Shown here piece by piece: positions 26,148 through 39,183 of a stretch of DNA of 64,000 nt. The DNA is from Tubulanus polymorphus (taxonomy: Eukaryota > Animalia > Nemertea), in assembly GCF_964204645.1 (NCBI RefSeq), contig NC_134031.1, forward strand, positions 3,472,001 to 3,536,000, read 5' to 3'. Both the position numbers and the translations under genes were made by a program. The notes beneath the pieces were generated by a model. It was not told where the DNA came from. It saw nothing but the letters and a program-made list of their open reading frames with translations, and did not search any database. Within the stretch, counting starts at the first letter, position 1; the number at the start of each line of letters is the position of its first letter.

Positions 26148-27715
26148 TGGGTTCCGCTGTTATATGGAAAATCTTGTTTCAATGATAAATCATTGAAATT
26201 TTCTACGCTATACTTTGGGTATCACGCACTAGTTGTAAACTGTAATGTTAACGTGAAAATGAGATCAAAATGGAAGAGTGAAGGCAGACATTTGTTGTCA
26301 TTTCCCTGTCTGAAGCAGTCACATTTGTCTTTCTAGTTGAAATCATATGTAAAATAGAAATTTATGAGATAGAACATTTTCCGAACATACCAACTCAATT
26401 GACGGTCTATCCAGCAATCTCAGAGCATTTCTTATGTAAAAATATATAATTTAAGGAATTATTATTGAATTTTTCGGCAATGTGTGCTCTGTTAATGATG
26501 CCTTTGAATTGAGAGGTACTTTTCAGTTTTCAATGATTAGAAAATTAGCCAGAAAGGGCTTTGTTATGTTTATATGTGACTGCTTTAGATATTCGCTCTA
26601 TTGGTGAAGTTTTTGTAAAAAGCCATTTCTACAAAGATTTTGTCAATAAATATAAGAAATAAAAAGAAACGTTGCATTTGTCAAATTTTTGCTTAGGATT
26701 TTTCAATGTCATGAAGAGATGACAGTTGGTTTGCTGAAAATAAGGAACGAACAACACTTTCAACGATCTTTAGTATCTGAGGAGACTTCGATATGACCGA
26801 TTAGTGCTGGAGACTTATTTATTCAGTATTATAACCAAAGATAATCATGATATGGGGGAGGGTCCGTCGTGCAAATCACTTATTATTGTGTTTGCCAAAA
26901 AGCACATTGCTGCGAGACTTCTTCAGGCCCCGCACACCGCCGAATAATGAGGACGCAAAAGTGCGCAATATAACAAGGAAAATAGTTCCTATTGTCGAGG
27001 CTCGAATTCAAGACAGTCGGGGCCCATAAATCGTAAATCGTGTCAACATGAGACGAGTCCTTGACATTAACGGGAATTTTACGATTGACGTCCATGACTC
27101 GGTTGTTTAAGTGGTTTTTGTCCGGAGACGGGAACTTTTTAGCGCAGTTCTATACCAGAAAGGGGAATCGTTCTAAAAAACGGCACCATCATCAAGGCCG
27201 AAAACTTAAGGGCACGATTATACAAAACCCTTGTCATTCCAACCTGGTACCTTGAGCATCGAAAAAACCTGTGTCTGCCAAGTAATTTTGAATAATTTTT
27301 TTAGAGCTTAAAATGCAATTTTCCCATTAATGCATCGTAAACACTAATCCGATTATAATGCGGCAAGGGTAATTTATCTGCCATATATAATCCATGAGGA
27401 TCAAACACCTGTGAATAGATAATCCTAACGAGAGGCCATTTTTCATCGAGATTCTTAGAAATATCAATTCCATAATCCGCGCTACGCAAAAGAAAAACAC
27501 CATGAAAAAGTATTTTCGTTTGAATAGATATTATGTATGTATTTTTTGCACGTATGTCATAGTGTTGAAAGAAAATATCTCAACATATAATGTACATTTT
27601 AAGCCAGTTTTCTTTGAAAATTAAACGTTAGATAAATTATTAGAATTGATTTTTAATGTTTTAAAAGAGTTAGAAGTATGTATCTTTCATTCTACTGCCT
27701 TTGTATGCTCATCGA

Positions 27716-28027
27716 TTAAAGGACGACGACATTGTCTATCGGCACTAACTTCATCACCAAGCCAGCCTTATACCAGCCAAATTCACCAGCGAGAAGTTGT
27801 TTAAATTTTGTCCTGTCGAATTTCGAGGCACTTGTCAGCCAGGTTTTCAGATCTTCCACAGCGTCTATTTCTTGACATCCATTTCGCGAATCTCTTTGAG
27901 ATCTAGATTTGCCGCGACATCGTCCGCTGTCGGTCAAGCGGGCATCGGCAGACGACATCGTTAACACGACGAGCATGCCGCAGACGATCAAGAATCTAAG
28001 ATAAAATGAAATCGTTTGCGCGGGCAT
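27716..28027 (-). CDS. Orphan small secreted protein / possible peptide precursor (3' part may be spliced)
   Basis: ATG start, hydrophobic core FLIVCGMLVVLTM with an A-D-A cleavage-like site, two Cys flanking a basic segment, then an amphipathic helix. Donor-like GCTG|GTGAAT near 27788; minus-strand AATAAA at ~26818-26823. Confidence 0.6.
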   Translation of the reverse strand: MPAQTISFYLRFLIVCGMLVVLTMSSADARLTDSGRCRGKSRSQRDSRNGCQEIDAVEDLKTWLTSASKFDRTKFKQLLAGEFGWYKAGLVMKLVPIDNVVVL

Positions 28028-28926
28028 TCTTTTTTAATTCATACTTTTAACTTTTCATCATATTCAAAAGAATCGTCAAATTTTATTTAGAAAAAAAACA
28101 ACAGTATTTTCAACTTGATATTGAAAAAGAAAATCAACCCTGAGACTAAATTATCAGTAAAATCGACAAAAGCTAAACGTATTTCAAAGTACTTACGATT
28201 TGTCCATAGCAGTTTGATAGAAGTTGGTAGCACGCGTTGAGTGTTGTATGAATAAATGTATTGAAAAATGCTTTCCCCGCTGTTATAGTTGTCATTAGAC
28301 GGAAGATTAGTTATAATCGACAGCTGCAAAGTAATGCTGATAAATTCCGTTATAGCAATTTTTAACGCATTAGCGGATATCATCGTTATGAGTTCCCGCT
28401 AAGCCCGAATGCATCCAAACACCCGGCCCTGACATGTATATACATGTGATTAAAAAATCCAACGTCTGATTATAAAATGATTGAAATGTATCGTTTTTAA
28501 TAACTCGTGATACAGATACTGGTGTCGATGCAGCGTTAATTAGGGTTTGCTCGATTATAGACACAATCTACTTCTCTCTTGCATAGAGTAGATCGGACCG
28601 CGACATCATCCGCTCCGTGGAGAGAAACTCCAGTAAATATACAACATCTGGAGTCCTTTGAAAATATCTCACTGAATTACCGTCGTTTTAGGTATAGACA
28701 ATTCTGCGCAAATTACAGGATTATTTCATGTTTGGTAAAAACTGCTTATTGTAAAAACTAAATCGTCGAAAATATCTACAACAGGAGACAATTCTATAGA
28801 GAATCGGCATCTTATGAAACGTGGACTCCTACGTACAATTTACTCTTCACAAGACACAATTCAAACAGAATCGTACGGAAACGTATTCAATAGAGCTATA
28901 GACCTATCTTAAACTGATTGCATAAA

Positions 28927-30417
28927 ATGTTTGATAACATTTCTAGTATCAGTACTATGAGGAATGGCTCAAAACTGCAGCTCAATCCGTGTCAGACATT
29001 TCAAACTCGTCCAATTAAATTCAGGTTAAAATTCAGTGTTTTAATCTACTTTGGATTTTATCTACCTGCGTTTATACTGGGTATAACATTCAACGCGTTC
29101 ACGCTGTTCGTTCTAAAACAATTTAAATCTGATGTTTACTTTCTCATCAAAATTCTTGCTATAAACGATCTTTTGTTTATGATCACTACATTCATTGTGT
29201 ATCCGCTGAGAACTGTCTACATTTACGCCGTTTTGGGTGATAGTGTTTCGTGTAAACGAATGGAATTTTGGCTGGATTTTCATTTCAATTTCTATGCCGT
29301 TTTTCTATATATTTCAGATGACACGTAACTGGTGCACTGTACTGCTCAGTACGGAAGCGATAAGGGGCCTCGAGATGTCGCCTTCCAACTCGACAAGTCG
29401 TCCTATTTATGTCGACATACCGCGATATATCGCGTCAAGTCGACATGAATATGTCGATATATCGCGACTTTTTGACGACATATTTCGTTTTCACGACCAC
29501 TTTTCTCGCGAAAAGTCGACATATTCATGACGACTTGGAACGCAGTCGTCATATCACTGGTGTCCTCATCTTACATTTAGACGTGTCTTCAAATGACGGC
29601 TTGTCCCGTGGAAAATAGGCGAAAAAGCGAAATTTGTCGTGAAAACGTCACGATATGTCGACATATTCATGTCGACTTGACGCGATATATTGCGATATAT
29701 CGACATAAATATGGCGACTTGTCGAGTTGGAACGCGACAACTCGAGGCCCTTTATCGCTTCCGTAGCTCAGTCTAGAGCGGTTAATCGTCGTATTGTTTC
29801 CAATAAAATCGCGTAAAATTCCCAAAAAGTTAATCTCAAAATATTTACTATTGTTTATTTCATTACTGGGTTTTTGTGGACATTTTAGTCAGTTTATACC
29901 GGGTTACTACCTTAAATTCCTGAACTGTCCAGACTTTTGGCCATATATTACATGGCGTGCGCGCAGTAACACAAAACCGATAAAGTACCGTTTTGATCTG
30001 GTATTTTTGATTTTCTCAGTTTCCGAGAAATATTTTTTCCTGTATCTTACCGTGTCGATTCCACTGTGCTTTTTGGTGTTTAACAATTCGATTCTTATTT
30101 CGGTGACATTTTATCGTCGGGTTACTCGACGCTCAGAGCATGGTATCACTGATGAATCGTCTAGAAGGGAAATGAGGGTTTTAAGAATGGTTTTATCAGT
30201 AGTTATTTTGTTTATTATTTGTGAAGGTTTTGGTTTCGTGGATCGTAATACGACACTGCTCGGCATTAACAGACGGAATCTCATCGTTGGATTCAGACAA
30301 ATCTCTTTGGCATTTTCAATCATTGATTCTTCAGTAAATTTCATCATATATTGCGTGACAAATGGCAAATTCAGAAAGTCATCCGTTGTTATTCTAATTA
30401 AACCCTGGTTTAAGTGA
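28927..30417 (+). pseudogene. Intronless class A (rhodopsin-like, FMRFamide-receptor-like) GPCR disrupted by a frameshift and a MITE
   Basis: N-terminal NxS sites, TM1 GITFNAFTL, TM2 LAINDLLF. Reading frame shifts near 29240-29250. Removing 29350-29771 restores WCTVLLSLERLIVVLFPIKSR (TM3/ERL); TM5-7 follow with DSSVNFIIYCVTNGKFR. Confidence 0.85.
29350..29765. mobile_element. 416-bp non-autonomous DNA transposon, IS3EU-like termini
   Basis: Termini TACGGAAGCGATAA...TTATCGCTTCCGTA, about 130-bp imperfect inverted arms rich in GTCGAC, 6-bp TSD GCTCAG (29344-29349 and 29766-29771). TAY..RTA ends with a 6-bp TSD are the recalled signature of IS3EU. Confidence 0.85.
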
Positions 30418-31410
30418 GTTAATTTTGGCCAGGAGTGGAGTCAGTAGTCTATCTTATAATTGTAAATTTGAGGGATTTAATAATCTTAAATCACAGTTAT
30501 AACAGATAATATGATTGCAAACAGTTACTTTAAATTGAGATAGGTCTTAAACAAACAGTTGATGGATGATTTACTTCGAAGGTCAGTAACCGGTCTCGAA
30601 TTGACATTTTCTTCTCCATATTTGCAAGATATTCTCGTTTCTTTAAAATGTATTTATTGTCAGTTCGTGATCGAGGTGAATTATTTTAATGATTAGATAA
30701 TCTGTTGAGAGAATATCTTTAGTAAACAAGGTTTTGAAATATTAAGGAGATTTTGAGCTTGTCAATGTCATAAATTTCAAACCCGGGCCATGGCTTTGTT
30801 GTGACAAATGGTCCGGCACCGGGCTAAAGTTATTTCTTTCATTATTTCAGTTATTTGTTGAAAACTCTTCATGACCCCTTTAAGTTTAAGCAACTTATTA
30901 GCAACTGGTCTGTCTGCCCGACTCATAAATAAAATCACCACTTGCATCGGGAAAGCCGAGCTCTCCCTCCCGCGCCATTCGGAACCGGATCGGTACCGCA
31001 ATCCAGTACAATCACTCCTCTTCGGAGCCTTCCTCCATCCGTAATAACTCTCCGGGCGTTAAATAGCAATACCGGAAATATCGTACCATACGAGAAATAA
31101 GTTTTTGTGCGAAATAAATGAATCATAAACACTTTATCGTGTCCAAATGACACGTAATTCGGACATCTTTTTAAAAAGTAGATTATAAAAATCAAGGTAC
31201 GGTCAAAATTCATAATCAAATAATTGTGTTTAGAACAAAGAACCGATGAAAATTTCTAATCGTTTTTTCGTGTGATTCAATTCACTTCCGGGTTTTTTCT
31301 AAGGTAGTGGATATTTTGCAAATGCGGCATTATTTTAGAAAACGCTATTTTGCCAATGGCTATATATAAGAAGATATACTAATAAAATATAACAATAAAT
31401 CATTATATTT

Positions 31411-31520
31411 GGTTTAGGGTAAGAGTTTCCATGAGAATAGGTTAGGGACTCAGTGTTTAGGGTTAGGGTGAGGTTTACCGTTTAGGGTCCATTTTACCCC
31501 TAAGGATAGGGTTAGGGTAA
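31411..31520 (+). repeat. Cluster of interspersed telomere-like TTAGGG hexamers upstream of GOLGA1
   Basis: About six TTAGGG copies, including TTAGGGTTAGGG at 31457-31468, separated by non-repeat sequence. Confidence 0.6.
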
Positions 31521-31845
31521 GGTGAGGCTATATTTAATGAATATGGCTTGATTGCTAATTGCGCGCGTTGGAGTCCGTAGGGGGGTATTCCAAATTCAAA
31601 GTACGTTTGGCAAGCATAGGTCGGCAACGTGGAAGATAACAGTGTAGCGAAGACGATTACGTCACTGCTACTGGAATGTATCCAATCACTGAGCGGGCTT
31701 AGATTACATAATTCATCCAGCCCTGGCAGTGGTTGTCTCGACAGAGACGATCCTAGTGTGACTTACTGTGGTACATATCAGACATTTAGGTTCTTGGTGA
31801 AATACATTAGAGCAAGATTGTAATGTTAACAGCATCTTATTTCAG

Positions 31846-34800
31846 ATGTTTGCTAAATTGAAGAAGAAACTCCATGAAGAAGGAGGTGAAATACCTTCAG
31901 TGTCCGGCACTGGTCCGGGGATAGCCAGTCCCGTCAATAAAGATAGAACCGGTAAGTGACTGCAGCTTAGTTTTCTCATTTATCTTTCAACTGGATTTGG
32001 AAGCGGGTCAACTTGTGCCTTATTAGGTCAACTCATCCCTGTATTAGTTTTGACAAGCTATTCTCTACTTTATAAAACATATTTTTCCAGTTAATAACCC
32101 TTCTAGTGCTGACTAAATTGATACCCTAAAGTGCAAGAGATAATTTGAAAGATTTGAAGAATTCCACCCTAGTGCGTTGCTATACTTACACCCTAGTAAT
32201 GGAGATACCGCTTTGGTATGTCTGCGGGGCTATTACTATAGATAGATATTTCTCAATGTTTGACTGATGCTGACATCTTTCAATAGAGATAAGAACTAAT
32301 TACTAATGATACACTAACGAATAATGTTTTTTTAGGTGTCGGGAGTCGACGAACCCCATCGCCCGGGGTTCTTCGGAAAAATTCAAGATCGACAAGTTTA
32401 CCATCAGTCGCTGTCCATACGACTCCGCCGAAAGAAAAGGTACCTTTCGAAAATATGGCCGCCATCCCTGTGCCAGAGTTCAAATATATCGGCAGATTTG
32501 AAAATACATGGCTTTAATGGGGGTTTTAATCCACTTCTTATCATCAGCAAAGTTTACTTATAGCTGAGTTTGAATTGAGGTTATTGGTTATAAATCGGAT
32601 GGTTACAAAATACAAGTAAAACTAGCTAAAAATTGATTGATGGCCTTTGAATATCATCTGTTATACTTCCTTGTATTTTCAGGGCAAGAAACCGACCGAC
32701 GTACCAACTGCGACCGCGAGTGATATAGATTTAAATTCTACCGAAGATGATGACGCCAGTCTTGAAGCACTAGTCACGTCGTTGGAGAGTCTAACGATTC
32801 CGGAAACAGTTGAGACTCCCGTCGATGAGAGGTCAGCCGATGAGAGGCCAGTTGCTCAGAGGCCAAGTGACGCGAGGCCTGTCGTGGACATTAATACGAA
32901 TATCGATTTCGAGCCGTTAGCCGTTCATAGTAGTAAATCGACTAATTCGATCTCGCAAAATTCATCATCATCATTATCATCATCAGAGTCTACAGTCAGT
33001 AAGAAGGAGGAAATCGTCATTAAAAAGGAGGAAATTGCTGTTAAAAAGCGAGAAACTGCTACTGGTGACCATAAAGAATTCCAAGAGAAAGTTTCATTTC
33101 TTGAGGGACAAATTGAACGCTTGGAACAGTGTTTAGAAGATGAAAAAAGACTTTCTGAACAAAAAATAGTAAGTACCGTCCTCGAAATCGCTCAAAATCC
33201 AGGGTTCTTGCAGATTAAAGAAAATCTGGGATTTTTGGTAAATTTTCCTACGTGGAATATCAGGGATTTCAGAGTGAATCATTCTTGAAAATATGGAAAA
33301 TATCGGGGAATTTGAATATTTGATTCTTGTTATTGCTGGTGTTAAGTGGAACTGGAGATGTGTCAATCAGGGAATTTTTTGTCTAGGGTCGGGGATAATA
33401 CAGTAAATTCTAACAAATTTTGTATTCCCCGATGTGAACTGTAAGAAACTGTAAACCAGACAATTGTTCGATTCAATATCGATGTTTTCTCATCTCAGGC
33501 TAAATTCGAGCTTCAGATTGAGGAAAGTTTCGCGCGGGAACTCGAACGCGAAGAACATTGTAAAAAACTTGAAATACAAAATAATGAATATCAGGTACGG
33601 TGAACGGCCATTTATCTGATGAATTTAAACTACCGTAAAATTTTTGTAAGACATTTTATTTTTTATACCTTCTGATCTTTCTGGTATAGGGTCAGTTATT
33701 AGAAGCTGAAAAGCGAATCCAAGAATTAACTCAGGAACTCGAAGGCCAAAATAAGCAGACGTCAAACGCTTCAGATGAGGTGAATTTCATATATTTTGAA
33801 AGACAGTTCTTGTCGTTGCACTTTTCTATTCTGATCTCTTTTATCTCCGTTTCTATTTTCAAGATACAAACGCTTCAAAAAGATTTGAGTAAAGCGCGTT
33901 TAGAAATCGCGTCAAGTCATCGTTCGACGAAGAAATTCCAAGAAGATCTCGTCAAATTGAATAAAGGTATCGTTTTTATTTTCGCCCAATAGACTTGATG
34001 GCTATACCCATCACGGATAGATAGCCCTCATTGCATCATCAATTCGCATTATTTGATTCATTGAGAATTAGTTCGAAAACGATGATTGATAGAAAGTATT
34101 TTCTTACAAAATGTAAAGTCCCACTAAAAAGATACCGAAATGTTTTCCTCGGCTGATGTTTTCCTGCATTTCAACTACAGTAAAACCTCTATAGTCTGGG
34201 TGGCCACTGACCTTGGAAACCTGGAAAACTCGAGGAATTAGAAAAATCTAAAAAAACAGAAAAATCAGGATTTCGATTAGAAATACATATGCAGGGATTT
34301 GAATCCGATTTGAATACTAGGGCGGGTGTTCTACCATAATTGAGCTGTTGCTATTATCTGAGGTTTCAAATCCCTGCAAGGGAGGATACATGGGAGGACG
34401 ACGCTCCTGGCAGGCTCCACCACAGCATTGAGCGAGTTTGATCATTAAATTAAATGGGGAAAGCAGATCATTAGCTCCTAGTGTTTGTTTTGTTTCTACA
34501 GAAACGGACAGGTTGATGTTGCGCAATGCGGAACTTTCACAACAAGTCGAGCGGTTAAATCAACAGTTGTCCGGCGAACGGCGAGACGCCGAACGAGATT
34601 TAAACGAGAAGCTCGCTGAAGTAGATGCCGTCCAAATCGAGCTGTCTTCCTATAAAGAAAAGGTACCGTTGTAACTTTTTCAAAACATTGTTCCTGCAGT
34701 ACTAGAAAACTTTGGCATTTGAAAAAAATATTTCTGGTGTAAAACATAAGCCTGCTGATTAAATTCCACAAACCGTTATTTTGATCGGTTTTCATCCTGC

Positions 34801-36002
34801 TAGACCTGAGAGATTTCTATTACTATTTCTATTGAGAGAATCTATCATTTTCAGAATTTAAACGAGTTTACTGTAATGTTTGTAACCATGATCCTGGTAG
34901 GCCTAGTGTTCGTAGTCTATATGCCGTATGTTTTTGAATTGAACAGGTGAAACAGTTGGAAGAGGAGAAAGAATACGTAGAGGTTCGAAACGGTGAAATC
35001 AGTCAATTAACCGAACATAAACAACGTATCGAGGAATTAGAATCGCAGATAACTGAGAAAAATAAGGTGCGGACGGTTTGCAATTTTGTTTCACTTTTCG
35101 AGGCAAATTTTGATGATGTTATTTTGTGTGTTTGTTACAGGCAAACAAGATGTTGCAGCAACGTTTGACCGATCTGAAAAAGACTTTACAACGAGAACTG
35201 AAAGTGCAATCGTTACCGAACGATACGTTATCGACGCCACCTATGGAGCGAAGCAACAACTATCACTCGAAACAGCAGACGTCCGTGTTTGATGGTAAAG
35301 ATCAAGGTCGTCCACCTGAACGGACGACTCATAAGTGCACAACCTCGTGTTCGAACGGACGAACATCGAATATGGAGGACGACGTCAATTTTAAATATTT
35401 GAAACACGTGGTGCTAAAATTCATGCTGAGCCGAGAAACGGAGGTGAGCTTTAGTCGTATGCAATAGAATCTTCTTCAAAGTTCACGGTATAGGAAATAA
35501 AAGAGGGTGGAGTGGTTCGCCTGGGTCTGTTCATTCGAATCATTGTTGTACGAGTTGCACAGTTGTGACTTGAGTCCAAAGATGGTCTTTCGGCCTGTCT
35601 AAGGTTAGATGGGTTTGTATAGACCAGCAAAGAGGTAAGCCTGGTCTTGAATCTAAGCCTTGACAGCAGTTGATCCCCCAGTGACCTGTTCCTTCATAAT
35701 CAGAATTAAAGAAACCGCAAACTTATTCATGTAGCCCTGTGTGGGGCGGCTCAGTGGTTCGAGGGATGGAAAATTAATGTTTCTATAAATGATTTGGTTG
35801 TTTAAAAGATCACATCTACGTTGGATTTTCTTAAAATTTCCAGGCTCTTCATCTAGTCAAGGCGATCGCGACATTGCTCAAATTCTCGAAGGACGAAACG
35901 AATCTTATCAAAGAGACTTTGGAATGGAAGACGTCGTGGTTCAAAATAAAACCGCAACTCGGCAAAGGACAGCTGGCGAAGGAAATACCGGCCTCGTATT
36001 AG
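31846..36002 (+). CDS. GOLGA1: Golgin-97-like GRIP-domain coiled-coil golgin, about 10 coding exons
   Basis: Starts MFAKLKKK; coiled-coil exons; LQQRLTDLKKTLQRELK; GRIP domain VNFKYLKHVVLKFMLSRETE|ALHLVKAIATLLKFS..ETLEWKTSWF. Confidence 0.92.
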
Positions 36003-39000
36003 CTGCGCGAAAAATCAATTTGTTTTACGGATATCTGTCTAAAATCAAAATGCCACGTCCGAGGATGGCACCTGCGATAACTGATCATTTGAAATACAGT
36101 TTTTAATAGAAAACTTAGTCTTCATTTCATTTGAATGATTTGAAGAATGAGAATGAAATTCATAATGAATGATTTTTGTCATCCTTAATATGCAGTAGAT
36201 GATTGAAAGATTTCAGAATGAAAGCTTTTATTCTAAATACAATAGAAAAACCATAAAAACAACTATGTATTGCACTCGCCCACTAGCTTTAAGGATATAT
36301 TGCACATTTTCTGACGAAGGGACGGCATTAAGATAATAAAATGCTTATTATTGCTTAATTAAAAAGTTATTCAATTCTCTTATTGAAAACGTAAGCAGGG
36401 TTTGGCTCAATTATTGTGTTGTCGAATTGAAATATATCGAGGTACAATTGGTACAAAGCATATTGCGTAAAATTTCATAACCTTCAATTAGTTTATGTCG
36501 ACATGATTTTGCTATTATGAATGGCTCAAAAAATGGACAGTGGAACCTCGTTAATATGAATCTTGTGGGTAAAAGTGACATTGTCGTGTCAAATGGGTTT
36601 CGTATTATCCAAAGCTTGATTGATATAGATATGTTAGCTTTAAGACATACTGGAAAATATTCAGTTTCGTCTTAAACAGAATTGTATCAATGAGGTTCAA
36701 TCAACTGTATTTCAAAACTATGTTAAGGCTGTTGTCCGAATTTTTCAAGTCACAAATACGGAGAGTTTAGCGTTTTATTTCGGGAATATTTCATGTCGGA
36801 AGATGATGATGTGTTGGTAAAACTGTAAAAGGGATGACTATTTTTGGTGTTTATTATTAAGTTGTTTTGTATCGTTACGAGAGGGGGTGATATAGTCATA
36901 TATCAGTCATAATACTGTTGGGGTTTATATCTACTGAACGCGTTAAAACTTATCGGACATTTTTATCGAAACAGGCTCGGGTAACGTTAATGGCTTTATT
37001 TATTTATTTGAAAAATCCGATTTTAAAACGTCAACTATCGTCGTACTGTGGCAAGCGGGGTTTTCGGAATAGACTATTGTAATATATGATTTTATGTATC
37101 TGATGCTCTTGTATTTAATGTATATTTGTTTGTGTAAATAAAATAAAGTATTAAGTTTTAAAATTCCATCTTTATTCGATGAGTATTGGTATTGCCATTT
37201 CCTCCATTCTTGTCTCTTCTGGAACTGGTTAATTATCAACCAAAATTCTGTATTATTCCACCTTGAGTACAGTCCACCCTGCGTGCCTTGGATCTTGTGG
37301 GACCATTCTCCCATGTTGGTAATTTCAATCATTGTATTGGCCAATGGTTTACAACCATAGAATCTTCAAACAATCTGACTGTCATTGAAAATGAGAAGGT
37401 GGCCTCAAGTTACTGATCATAATTTTGAAAACGGGACAAATTAAAGTAAATAGGATAACAATGAATGATACATCTGACTGATAATATTTATTATTTACAT
37501 TAAGTCAATTATTTATTGTAAAACAAGGTGGCTAGCGTCAATCTTACATCGACGGCACCTCAAACATTCATTTTGCAGGAACCAAAGCAAAATTGTTAAA
37601 AATAAATAAATATCTGATAAAGCAATGTACAAGAATAAAGTGAATATTAAGTCTGAATACGTTTAGACTAAAGATGAATCGATAAGTTTTCTATAAAATA
37701 TTTACAAACAAACATCGATTAAAAGGGATCATCCATTAAATGTAATAAATTTCATTAGGCATAATAGACATTTTAGACACAAATCCCCTGGCTAGTGTTC
37801 TCAAAAAATGGACGATCCCCATTACTGAAATAGAAATAATGCCCGTGATATCACAGCGCATTATGTTGACCCTCATCGTCCATCAAGCAGCTTACAGAAG
37901 TTAAACCTTTAACTGATGAGTATTTTTCAGCCTGCAACTTATTTTTGACCGAGCAAGGGGAAAAAATTATGACTCAATAAGTCAGTAAGTATGAGGTATT
38001 ACCCAAAAAAGTATCGGTATAGATATTCCAATAGCTCTTCCCAAGCTTTCCAATGATAGCAAATTGGCCAATTCGGGGTAGTCACCTACAGGGCCCTTGG
38101 TCATCCAGATCATCGGGCCAGCTCACAGGAAAATGAGCTAGAATGTTTCACAGAAATCAATACCTGATTATTCAAGTGATTACACCTGACCTAGGTATTC
38201 AAATTGATCGCTAGCTACTTTTGCAGGTGTAAGGATTATAGGCTTCATACTTCCATTAGTTGCTCGATAGCATACGTAATATGTATTCTCTAAACAATCT
38301 AAATATTTTTGAACAACTTACATAAGATCACAATTGCGAATTATCAAAGATGTATCATGTACAACTCAGTAGAATATTTGGGATATGATAAATCTTTTCT
38401 TTCTTTTGATAACATTATTGATTTTCGTATAAACAATTCAGTGATTTAAGACTAGATGAATGAATAACTACGTCGTGTGTGCACCGTAAGTCAAATTCAT
38501 TGGAATCCGATCATTTTCATGTCCAATTCAATCCAATCATCGGCTTGAATTTAAGGTCTAATTGTTCGATTTGTTATATACATGTAGTCATAATGACCGA
38601 TCAAATATGCAAATTAAGAGTCTTCAAAATGCTATCGCCACTCTGATCGGTGCAAATACGAGGCATTTCCGCAAATCAACCAATGGGAATTGATAACACT
38701 TGGTAACTGAGGACTCAAGTTCTCTAGTGTGCATTTAGACAATGATGCCGGATTTCTTCTAAAATTCAAAAACTTCTCAAATTCTATTAACGATGAAGGA
38801 AAATAAACCACGAAGTTCAATCCGAGTTTATCAAGAGACGGGATTTGCCTAATGTTTTGCGTGGCAGGCTAAAAATCTAGACAAAATCTTAATCAAAAAT
38901 GAATAAATTTTGATTGATAAGTCCTATTGATAGGCATGCCATCTACTGGCCGAGTGGGGTCTTCATTCACGTAACCGATTGTTGGGATCAGGATCCAACT

Positions 39001-39183
39001 TATCATAGGTACTTAATCATACAATCTCAATCTAAATTTTTTGCAAATCCATCACATTCCGTCGAATTCGTCAGAAAGTATTCCATTGCAGATTAGCAGT
39101 CGTTCGTTTTCTATTCAAATATCATGATATTCTTTCCTCCTATATGATGACGATGACGATGATGACGATGATAAATCCGTCTG

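Noticed and set aside
29349-29776. The MITE in the GPCR acting as a self-removing intron (introner): GTACGG at its left edge and CCGTAG / CTCAG / CTAG at its right edge
   Set aside because: The insertion adds 422 nt. The available GT-AG pairs remove 418 or 423 nt (frameshift) or 428 nt (in frame but destroys SLE of the ERL motif), and the upstream frameshift would remain.
30898-31089. Minus-strand frame MVRYF..EEE-TGA-LYWIAVP..TSC as a selenoprotein, with a downstream ATGA..AAA..GA
   Set aside because: No resemblance to known selenoprotein families, and the putative SECIS helix pairs poorly with wrong spacing.
37000-37344. 114-aa minus-strand ORF between GOLGA1 and KLHL20
   Set aside because: Non-ATG start, AT-rich low-information sequence overlapping the probable GOLGA1 poly(A) signal.
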